Source: Podarcis cretensis
Taxonomy: Eukaryota
Length of the DNA stretch: 64,000 bases
Assembly: GCA_951804945.1 (NCBI GenBank)
Contig: OX638149.1
Span: 77,872,001-77,936,000, forward strand
Direction: 5' to 3'
Program-made: the position numbers and the translations under genes
Notes under the pieces: model-generated
Databases searched by the model: none
What the model saw: the letters and a program-made list of their open reading frames with translations, nothing else
What the model was told of the DNA's origin: nothing
Shown here: in pieces, positions 14,799-26,700 of the stretch
How positions within the stretch are numbered: position 1 is the stretch's first letter
Layout of the letters: each line of letters opens with the position of its first letter

Positions 14799-17700
14799 CT
14801 GTGAAATATAAGAACAATAAAGGAAAAAGGGTGTTATCTATCCCTAGAAAACATTTCTGATGTCCTGGCAGTAGATAAAAACATAAAAATATAAGGTGAA
14901 AAGCCCTGCTGGAGAAGACCAAAGCTCTATCTTTCTAGACCTGTGGTCAACCAGTGTTTTATGCCCTGCCCACAAGTTGGACAGATGAGGTCATGTGCAC
15001 AATGTCTTGGTAATGATTTTATGTTCCTATGTGTTCATCAGAAGTGGGGTTTTTAAAAAAATAAAGTTGTCAAAGCAATAGCTTGCTCTGCAGGATCTAA
15101 CAGCTGAAGCATTTGTAAAGGCTGTGTTGAACTTACTCGCTCACAATCAGCTCGCACAGAGGAGATGGAGTGGTGCAGGGTGTTGGTGCTGGTGTTGTCG
15201 TTCTTGGCTCATGAGGTGTTGTTGTCGGAGGTGATGTTGTTGGCACTCCATAGCAATGGGGCTTGTTTTTATCGTAAGTCTTCCAGTAGCTGGCCATTTC
15301 TGAGCAAGAGAAAGCTTCATGGCCGTTGGGGAGGCGGCAGTCATCTGTCTTGTCATTTGAACATACCCCTAGGAGGGAGAAAGGGTCGCATCGTAAGTGT
15401 GCTGAATATGCAGTATACATTAATGTCACTCTGAATGACACTGAAATAACAAAGCGGACTTCCTAATTGAAAAAGCCATTGTTGCTATCATAAAGTGTAC
15501 CTTATATGCATATTCTGTTTCCTACTCTTCAGTATGGATATATTAGTCAAACCCAGGCTTCCTCAACCTCAGCTCTCCAGATGTTTTGAGACTACAATTC
15601 CAATCACCCCTGACCACTGGTCCTGCTAGCTAGGGATCATGGGAGTTGTAAGCCAAAAATGTCTGGAAGGCCGAGGTTGAGGAAGCCTGGTCAAACTATA
15701 GGTCCACCAAGCCCAATTAGGTCTACTCTGATGGGCAGCAGTTCTTTCTTCATCCTAAGAACTTTCAGATGTAGATACCAGGAACTGGACCTGGGATGGT
15801 CTAACACCACACACATGTGTTCAGCCATGGAGCTGTGGCCTCTCCCCCCAATGGTTAAAATTTCTTTATTGCTTTTCTAATGCTCTACATCTTCCTATGT
15901 AAAGAAATTTGTTTTAAAGGAATAACATTGTGAAAAAGGATTTGAATGGTTGGGGATGCTTTGATCCCTTTACTTACCACATTGCCCCTCTGTGTTATGC
16001 TGAAATAGGTCAAAGGGGAGTTTTATTGAGAAAGTGAGCCCGTTGAAAGATATAAAAGCTTGGAGTGCAGGGATTTCGACACTCATGACAGTACCAGTAC
16101 TGGTGACAGAAATACCATATTTGGTGAAATCTCCATTGACCGGCTCATGGTTGAAAAAAATCTGAAACAGCAGCACAAAAGAGGCAAAAGAATATAAATC
16201 TGGAGGATTCAGAGTCTTGAAGAGCACTTGAGGACAATCAGTCCTGGCCATGCTGATATTTCCTAGCTGCCTGTTTTTATACTACTTTTAATACTGCAGT
16301 GATTATTTTACTGTGTTATTGTATTTAATTAAAAACAGTAAGCCATAGTTTTTAACTGAAAACACACACACACACAGACACACACACACACACGTATATA
16401 TATATGTGTGTGCGCGCGTATGTCATTGATTCTATAACCATTAACTGGAAGTAAAGTGCATTAAACTCAGTGGGGGCTTTCTTCTGAGTAGTCATTATAG
16501 AGATGCACAGTTTGAGGAATGGCATCTCAATCCTAAACATAATCTACATCATGGGATTAAGTAGCATTCCTCAAACAGGCACTTTGCCATGATTGTTATG
16601 TAAATTTTACAACCCATTAGCTGGTTTATAAATGTCATTTTGACATTTTTGTTTTGGTAAAAAATAATTATGGTAGGAAGCTGACACAGTTTGAGAAATC
16701 TGTGGCACACAGTACCTTGTTAATTCTCACTCCTTCATGCACTTCGCTGTTTAGCACAACTTCCATTGAGTTGTAATTTACAATGATGGCTCTGGAACAG
16801 GGCTGATTGTTAGTGACATCACAGAAATAATTGTCAAGCAAAACACTGAGGTTTCCATGTATATTCACAATCTCTTTCACCAAAATGTAAGTGCAGTTGT
16901 CATAGAAAGTGTAATAAGTGCCATCAAATGTCAGATAGTTAGCATCCCAACCAGTGCAAATACCTGTAACAGAAATCAAAAGATCAAATAAGGTTCACCT
17001 GGAGTGTAGTCTTGAGCAAACCAGAGTAACCAAAGTAAATATACACTGTGAAATCATTGGTTATTATGCTGTTGCTTGTGTTAACTTTGATGGGCTAGGT
17101 CCTAGTCTGGTGCACCAATTAGAAAGTGGGAATAATAAGAGAATTCTAGGAGAGCAGTTTTGATGGTGCAGATTTTGTGGTGAAGCAACTGCCATAGCCA
17201 GAGTCCTGATGACTAGTGACAGCCAGGGCAGGAACTGGTTGAACCACAGCATTTTCTCCTTTACTCCTTTCCACTGAAAAAAGAAAAGCCACCCATTGAC
17301 TTTTTTAGGAGTATGCTAGAGAAACAAGAGGTCTTGGGCTTCTGCAAATCCATAGCCTTCCCTGACAGACCCTCAAAAGTCTCAACTCCCTCAATAAATG
17401 GAATTGCAACTGCATGACATTACACCCCATGAGCTTTGTATGATACAGTCCTGTAAGTTAAATATCTTAACCTCTCATTTCATATCATAAAGACATATGT
17501 ACTTTTTCTGAATGCTCGGTTATACTTACATTCACATTCATAGCGTTCGACACAGCCATCCTTATCTACTATTTTTATCGGTGGGAGTCCACTCACACAT
17601 ACTGTCTTCTCTACAGGTGGTTGCGGCTTCAGAACTATTTTGTTGTTTCCTTCACAAGTTGCCACAGTGCAGTTGTTAAACATCCAAGTTTCGTTGGTCT

Positions 17701-20700
17701 AGAGGGAAACCAGAGAAAAAAATTTCTACAAGTGTCATGCCATTAGAAAGACACCATCTCCACTACCAAGGGTTCTTGTCCTATTGGAAGAGGAAAACCC
17801 ATCTGGAGGGAAAATGGGGTGTTAGGGGAGAGACTGTTTCTCAATGGTAGAGCACATGGCATGCATGCAACAGGTCCCATGTTTAATCCTTAGTAACTCC
17901 AGGTAGCCCCAGGGAAGACTCCTATATGAAACCCTGAGGAGTCATTAGCAGTCAACAAGGACAACAGTGAGATAGATAGACCCATAGTCTGCCTTGGTAT
18001 AAGCCGGCTTGCTATGTTTTAGAAAAGTGAGGCAAACAAGAACATTTGGAATTGACTGAGATTTCTCCATATATGACTCTGTGGCAGGGGTAGGCAACCT
18101 GTAGCCTACCCAAAGTTGTTGGATTCCAGTTCCCAGTAGTTCCAACCACCAGTGGTCAGGGATAATGAGACCTTGAATCCAGTAACATCAAGATCCCCAG
18201 TGAGATCAATAACAAATAAGATCTAAACAAGAGAGTTGATTGTGACCAAGTGCATGTTCACATGACAGCTCCTCATACCTCCCAAAACAGTGGTGTTCAT
18301 ACAGCATGAATTGTGGGCAAAAGTCCCTGGGGTAGTCAGGATTTTCTTTTCAACATAGACACCTCGTTCACCAAGAGAGGATTCATTTAATGCTTTTTAA
18401 GAGGGGTGAAAATGGAGTGAGAGAGGCATTTGGTAACCAACAGCTTTCCCCAACATGGAGCCCTTTTGATGTTTTGGGCTACAGCCTCTCATCAGCTATC
18501 AAAAGCTATCACCAATGTACGTATGAAAACAATGCTAATTACCTTTCTTGGTGGATCAATATCAGGGCAACCTGTTACAGGAGTTGTGGGGGTTGATACA
18601 GCTGCAGTAGTGTATACTCCAGTTGATGGAACAACAGTAGTGGGTGATGGAGAAGGCGGGGTTCCTGCAGTTGTAACTGATGGTGTTGATGGGTGGGAAG
18701 GAGTTGTTGAAGGACATGGTCCCTGGAACACCTCAATTTCACAGCTTCTGTTGCAAACTGCATAAAAACTGCATCCGGAACTATCAGTTCTATTGTATAT
18801 TACTTCCCCTATTTTAAAAAAGGAGGGAATTTATCATAAAGCACCATGTACGAAAATTGTAAAACAAAACATGTCATAACATTATAAAATGCAAATAAAG
18901 TTCAGATGAATTTGTCTACTGACATGCAGTGCAACTCTGAGCCTGCTATCTCAGCAGCAAGTCTGAGAAAGCATGCATTGGATTGTGTAATTTGTAGTGG
19001 GCAAGCTCCAACCCCACACCACCATGGGAGATCAGCAAGAGGTTCAGCCAAGGCCTTTCCCCCAGTTGGTCCTTAGCCAGTAAATCATATACAAGTATAA
19101 CTTGTGACTCACAATCCTAGGGAGTAAAAGGACATGTTAGCCACCTGTTAAAAGTAGTGGCTGGCAGATAGTAGTAGATGTACATGAATATGAGTCAGTT
19201 GTAAAAGGGGATAGGGGATAGGTGAGAGATGGATCTATTGACATCTCTGTGGTTCAATACTGATCAAAGAATGTATGGCATGAGAGAATTACAGAATTGA
19301 TCTCAGCTAATACTTTTGTTCCCTAGGTTGTTAAAACATATAAAGCAGTGTAGAGTAAAATACAGATACATAAATTCAATAAGCATTGAAAATATCAGCC
19401 CCAGACTTGCAAAAAACAAACAAAAAAAGTCAGATAAAGCAGGATTAATAAAATGATTTAAATGTAAATATAAAAAGTAAGTAAAAAGGTTTCTACTCCT
19501 CCTCAAACTATACAGCAGAGCACCAAAGTAGACTCCCCTGTGGAAGAGTGGTGCACAATCATGATGTAGGTATAAGGAAGGATGTATGTTGAGCATATGT
19601 ACAATCAATCCAATGTGTGAATGAAAACATTGCTTCAGCTGCTTTTCAAATTCATTAAGAGAAACTCACCAGGAGAAAACAAGCCCTTACTAAATCCGGG
19701 CACACGGCAGAAACATGGAGTTGTTCTGCTCAAAGTGACTGTTGTAGTTCCTGTTGTAGAAGGTATGGAAGTACTTGTTGCTGCTGAAGACACAATAGAA
19801 AAGAAATAAATGTATAGCAGTTGTAACGTACTGCTTGAAGACATACTGCTGGAAATGGATGCTGAACACTGTAGATCCTTAAGACTTCAGTGTACACTTC
19901 CAAAGCACCAACTGAAGCATAACAATTCAGAATTCCAACTGAACTCAGCCGGACTTACATGTATCTTTAGGGTTGGAGAATTTAACTTGATAATTGTACT
20001 ACAAAAACCAGTTAATTGTTTAATGGATCAGATCAATACTTTGCTTACTTGCTGTTCTTATTATACACCTACCATACTATCAAGAAACAGGAGAATCCAG
20101 CTATATTCCTCCCAGTATCAAGAAACACACCCCTCCAGTCCAAAGGTGCTGTTAAGAAAATTCCAAATATCTAGCCAGAGAGCTATCTACTACTTGAAAT
20201 AGCATTGAAAACTTATTTGAAAAATGCACACTGAGATCTAGGCAAACATTTTTGATAAGTTGCTAGCTGATAGACACTAGGTTTCATAATTGGGATACCA
20301 ATTTTTGAAAAGGGTGGTATATGAAATAAGATCACCAAACCCCAATTAATATGAAACAATTTGCTAACATTTGGCACGACACCTGTAATTGAGTAACATG
20401 TAATAAATTTAACTGTTGGAATATTTACCAAAGGTAACAAGATTTTCATATCAGGATATGCAGATTCATTCTGTAATTACCTGTTGTAACAACGACCAAA
20501 GGCTTAGTGGAAAATGGCACTCTGGTAGGGACAGTTGCTGTTTCTACAGTAATCCCAGTAGTGGATATCGTCGACACAGGTTTGGAAACATGGGTAGATG
20601 GAAGAGATGAGGTTGAAACGGTGGAAGCCACTCCAGAAGTGATGAAAGGTGTGCTGACGGAGCCAGGGGTTGAGAGAGGGATGGTGGTCATGGGCTTTCC

Positions 20701-23700
20701 TGTTGTACTTCCAGGAGTGGTGGAAACAAGGGTGGTGCTTTGGGTGGTAGTGACTACAATGGGAGGTGGTGTAGAAGCTGTGGAGGATGCTGGAGTTGTG
20801 CTCTTGCCAGCAGTGCTGCCTGGTGTTTCTGTGGTCGTTGGCTTTCCTGTGGTTACTCCTGGAGTTGTGGAAACAAGAGTGGAGCTTTGGGTGGTGGTAA
20901 ATACAATGGGAGGTGGCGTAGAACCCGTGGAGGATGCTGGAGTTGTGCTTTTGCCTGCCGTGCTGCCAGGTTTTTCTGTGGTAGAAGCAGCAGGTGTGCT
21001 CAGTGGTGTTGTGCTAGGATGGCAGGGCTTGTATTCACAGCACTGGTATCTAACCTGGAAGTTATAACACATCTTGTCTGTTTGCTTTGAATTTTCGCAC
21101 AAAAGTCCAACTTGGAGGTTACATTGCACTTCCTGACCAAGAAGATACAGGCTGACATCAGGGTGATTCTCAGCTCTGCATTCAATGTCTTGTGGATGTT
21201 TGCAAATATTTCCTCCAGCTTTTCGGATGGTCTCAAAATTCTCAATATCACCATCATCTGGACTGCTGGTAGGACGGTGCAAATCATACCAGGAGGTCCA
21301 GTTACACTTTGGGAGGCACACAGTAGAGGTACTTTCTAGCGTAGTGGTAACAAGGGGAGCCAGGGTGGTTGTTGTGGTCAGCAGGCCTGGAGGGGTTTGT
21401 TCAGTGGTCCCGGTGGTGGGTATTGTTGAGGAAGGCTTGGAAACAGGAGTGGACTGGAGTGTTGTGGCTGTCACAGTGGGGACCACTCCAGTGGAGACGG
21501 CAGCAGTGCTGACTGAGCCTGGTGTTGTGAGAGGGAGGGTGGAAAGCGGCGTTGAGTGGGTGGTGGTGGTTGGCTTTCTTGTTGTGACTCCTGGAGTTGT
21601 CGGAACAAGGGTGGTGCTTTCGGTGGTGGTGAATACAACAGGAGGTGGCGTAGAGCCCGTGGAGGATGCTGGAGCCGTGCTCTTACCTGCCGTGCTGCCT
21701 GGTGTTTCTGTGGTTGTTGGCTTTCCTGTGGTAACTCCTGGTGTTGTGGAAACAAGGGTGGTGCTTTCGGTGGTGGTATGGACAACAGGAGGTGGCGTAG
21801 AGCCCGTGGAGGATGCTGGAGCCGTGCTCTTGCCCACCGTGCTACCTGGGGCTTCTGTGGTGGTGGCACTTGTTGTGACTAGTGGCGCTGGCGTGGTTTC
21901 ACAGTGCTTGTAGTCGCAACACAGTGCTCTCATCTCATAGTCGTGACACATCTTGTACTTCCCCATCTGTTTGGCATTCTCACAAAGGAGTCCAGTGTTG
22001 ATATCGCAGATCATGTTCTGTCCAAGTTCAGATGCGCTGAGCTCTGGGTAGTCCACTCCTCTGCACTCCACCTTTTGAGGATGCTCGCAGATGGTACCCC
22101 CCGATGCCTGGATGCTCTTAATGTCCTCGCGATCGCCATCCCCAGGGTCGGAGCTTGGAGTGTGAAAACTGAACCAAGAGGTCCACTGGCATTTGGGTTG
22201 GCAACCGGTAGTGGTGCTTCCGGGCGTAGTGGTAACAAGGGGCGCCGGGGTGGTTGTTGTGGTCAGCAGGCCTGGAGGGGTTTGTTCAGTGGTCCCGGTG
22301 GTGGGTATTGTTGAGGAAGGCTTGGAAACAGGAGTGGACTGGAGAGTTGTGGCTGTCACAGTGGGGACCACTCCAGTGGAGACGGCAGCGGTGCTGACTG
22401 AGCCTGGTGTTGTGAGAGGGAGGGTTGAAAGCGGCGTTGAGTGGGTGGTGGTGGTTGGCTTTCTTGTTGTAACTCCTGGAGTTGTCGGAACAAGGGTGGT
22501 GCTTTCGGTGGTGGTGAATACAACAGGAGGTGGCGTAGAGCCCGTGGAGGATGCTGGAGCCGTGCTCTTGCCTGCCGTGCTGCCTGGTGTTTCTGTGGTT
22601 GTTGGCTTTCCTGTGGTTACTCCTGGTGTTGTTGAAACAAGGGTGGTGCTTTCGGTGGTTGTATGGACAACAGGAGGTGGCGTAGAGCCCGTGGAGGATG
22701 CTGGAGCCGTGCTCTTGCCCACCGTGCTACCTGGGGCTTCTGTGGTGGTGGCACTTGTTGTGACCAGTGGCGCTGGCGTAGTTTCACAGTGCTTGTAGTC
22801 GCAACACAGTGCTCTCATCTCATAGTCGTGACACATCTTGTACTTCCCCATCTGTTTGGCATTCTCACAAAGGAGTCCAGTGTTGATATCGCAGATCATG
22901 TTCTGTCCAAGTTCAGATGCGCTGAGCTCTGGGTAGTCCACTCCTCTGCACTCCACCTTTTGAGGGTGCTCGCAAATGGTACCCCCCAATGCCTGGATGC
23001 TCTTAATGTCCTCGCGATCGCCATCCCCAGGGTCGGAGCTTGGAGTGTGAAAACTGAACCAAGAGGTCCACTGGCATTTGGGTTGGCAACCGGTAGTGGT
23101 GCTTCCGGGCGTAGTGGTAACAAGGGGCGCCGGGGTGGTTGTTGTGGTCAGCAGGCCTGGAGGGGTTTGTTCAGTGGTCCCGGTGGTGGGTATTGTTGAG
23201 GAAGGCTTGGAAACAGGAGTGGACTGGAGAGTTGTGGCTGTCACAGTGGGGACCACTCCAGTGGAGACGGCAGCGGTGCTGACTGAGCCTGGTGTTGTGA
23301 GAGGGAGGGTTGAAAGCGGCGTTGAGTGGGTGGTGGTGGTTGGCTTTCTTGTTGTAACTCCTGGAGTTGTCGGAACAAGGGTGGTGCTTTCGGTGGTGGT
23401 GAATACAACAGGAGGTGGCGTAGAGCCCGTGGAGGATGCTGGAGCCGTGCTCTTGCCTGCCGTGCTGCCTGGTGTTTCTGTGGTTGTTGGCTTTCCTGTG
23501 GTTACTCCTGGTGTTGTTGAAACAAGGGTGGTGCTTTCGGTGGTTGTATGGACAACAGGAGGTGGCGTAGAGCCCGTGGAGGATGCTGGAGCCGTGCTCT
23601 TGCCCACCGTGCTACCTGGGGCTTCTGTGGTGGTGGCACTTGTTGTGACCAGTGGCGCTGGCGTGGTTTCACAGTGCTTGTAGTCGCAACACAGTGCTCT

Positions 23701-26700
23701 CATCTCATAGTCGTGACACATCTTGTACTTCCCCATCTGTTTGGCATTCTCACAAAGGAGTCCAGTGTTGATATCGCAGATCATGTTCTGTCCAAGTTCA
23801 GATGCGCTGAGCTCTGGGTAGTCCACTCCTCTGCACTCCACCTTTTGAGGGTGCTCGCAGATGGTACCCCCCGATGCCTGGATGCTCTTAATGTCCTCGC
23901 GATCGCCATCCCCAGGGTCGGAGCTTGGAGTGTGAAAACTGAACCAAGAGGTCCACTGGCATTTGGGTTGGCAACCGGTAGTGGTGCTTCCGGGCGTAGT
24001 GGTAACAAGGGGCGCCGGGGTGGTTGTTGTGGTCAGCAGGCCTGGAGGGGTTTGTTCAGTGGTCCCGGTGGTGGGTATTGTTGAGGAAGGCTTGGAAACA
24101 GGAGTGGACTGGAGTGTTGTGGCTGTCACAGTGGGGACCACTCCAGTGGAGACGGCAGCGGTGCTGACTGAGCCTGGTGTTGTGAGAGGAAGGGTAGAAA
24201 GCGGCGTTGAGTGGGTGGTGGTGGTTGGCTTTCTTGTTGTAACTCCTGGAGTTGTCGGAACAAGGGTGGTGCTTTCGGTGGTGGTGAATACAACAGGAGG
24301 TGGCGTAGAGCCCGTGGAGGATGCTGGAGCCGTGCTCTTGCCTGCCGTGCTGCCTGGTGTTTCTGTGGTTGTTGGCTTTCCTGTGGTTACTCCTGGTGTT
24401 GTGGAAACAAGGGTGGTGCTTTCGGTGGTTGTATGGACAACAGGAGGTGGCGTAGAGCCCGTGGAGGATGCTGGAGCCGTGCTCTTGCCCACCGTGCTAC
24501 CTGGGGCTTCGGTGGTGGTGGCACTTGTTGTGACCAGTGGCGCTGGCGTGGTTTCACAGTGCTTGTAGTCGCAACACAGTGCTCTCATCTCATAGTCGTG
24601 ACACATCTTGTACTTCCCCATCTGTTTGGCATTCTCACAAAGGAGTCCAGTGTTGATATCGCAGATCATGTTCTGTCCAAGTTCAGATGCGCTGAGCTCT
24701 GGGTAGTCCACTCCTCTGCACTCCACCTTTTGAGGGTGCTCGCAGATGGTACCCCCCGATGCCTGGATGCTCTTAATGTCCTCGCGATCGCCATCCCCAG
24801 GGTCGGAGCTTGGAGTGTGAAAACTGAACCAAGAGGTCCACTGGCATTTGGGTTGGCAACCGGTAGTGGTGCTTCCGGGCGTAGTGGTAACAAGGGGCGC
24901 CGGGGTGGTTGTTGTGGTCAGCAGGCCTGGAGGGGTTTGTTCAGTGGTCCCGGTGGTGGGTATTGTTGAGGAAGGCTTGGAAACAGGAGTGGACTGGAGT
25001 GTTGTGGCTGTCACAGTGGGGACCACTCCAGTGGAGACGGCAGCGGTGCTGACTGAGCCTGGTGTTGTGAGAGGGAGGGTTGAAAGCGGCGTTGAGTGGG
25101 TGGTGGTGGTTGGCTTTCTTGTTGTAACTCCTGGAGTTGTCGGAACAAGGGTGGTGCTTTCGGTGGTGGTGAATACAACAGGAGGTGGCGTAGAGCCCGT
25201 GGAGGATGCTGGAGCCGTGCTCTTGCCTGCCGTGCTGCCTGGTGTTTCTGTGGTTGTTGGCTTTCCTGTGGTTACTCCTGGTGTTGTGGAAACAAGGGTG
25301 GTGCTTTCGGTGGTGGTATGGACAACAGGAGGTGGCGTAGAGCCCGTGGAGGATGCTGGAGCCGTGCTCTTGCCCACCGTGCTACCTGGGGCTTCTGTGG
25401 TGGTGGCACTTGTTGTGACCAGTGGCGCTGGCGTGGTTTCACAGTGCTTGTAGTCGCAACACAGTGCTCTCATCTCATAGTCGTGACACATCTTGTACTT
25501 CCCCATCTGTTTGGCATTCTCACAAAGGAGTCCAGTGTTGATATCGCAGATCATGTTCTGTCCAAGTTCAGATGCGCTGAGCTCTGGGTAGTCCACTCCT
25601 CTGCACTCCACCTTTTGAGGGTGCTCGCAGATGGTACCCCCCGATGCCTGGATGCTCTTAATGTCCTCGCGATCGCCATCCCCAGGGTCGGAGCTTGGAG
25701 TGTGAAAACTGAACCAAGAGGTCCACTGGCATTTGGGTTGGCAACCGGTAGTGGTGCTTCCGGGCGTAGTGGTAACAAGGGGCGCCGGGGTGGTTGTTGT
25801 GGTCAGCAGGCCTGGAGGGGTTTGTTCAGTGGTCCCGGTGGTGGGTATTGTTGAGGAAGGCTTGGAAACAGGAGTGGACTGGAGTGTTGTGGCTGTCACA
25901 GTGGGGACCACTCCAGTGGAGACGGCAGCGGTGCTGACTGAGCCTGGTGTTGTGAGAGGGAGGGTTGAAAGCGGCGTTGAGTGGGTGGTGGTGGTTGGCT
26001 TTCTTGTTGTAACTCCTGGAGTTGTCGGAACAAGGGTGGTGCTTTCGGTGGTGGTGAATACAACAGGAGGTGGCGTAGAGCCCGTGGAGGATGCTGGAGC
26101 CGTGCTCTTGCCTGCCGTGCTGCCTGGTGTTTCTGTGGTTGTTGGCTTTCCTGTGGTTACTCCTGGTGTTGTGGAAACAAGGGTGGTGCTTTCGGTGGTG
26201 GTATGGACAACAGGAGGTGGCGTAGAGCCCGTGGAGGATGCTGGAGCCGTGCTCTTGCCCACCGTGCTACCTGGGGCTTCTGTGGTGGTGGCACTTGTTG
26301 TGACCAGTGGCGCTGGCGTGGTTTCACAGTGCTTGTAGTCGCAACACAGTGCTCTCATCTCATAGTCGTGACACATCTTGTACTTCCCCATCTGTTTGGC
26401 ATTCTCACAAAGGAGTCCAGTGTTGATATCGCAGATCATGTTCTGTCCAAGTTCAGATGCGCTGAGCTCTGGGTAGTCCACTCCTCTGCACTCCACCTTT
26501 TGAGGGTGCTCGCAGATGGTACCCCCCGATGCCTGGATGCTCTTAATGTCCTCGCGATCGCCATCCCCAGGGTCGGAGCTTGGAGTGTGAAAACTGAACC
26601 AAGAGGTCCACTGGCATTTGGGTTGGCAACCGGTAGTGGTGCTTCCGGGCGTAGTGGTAACAAGGGGCGCCGGGGTGGTTGTTGTGGTCAGCAGGCCTGG

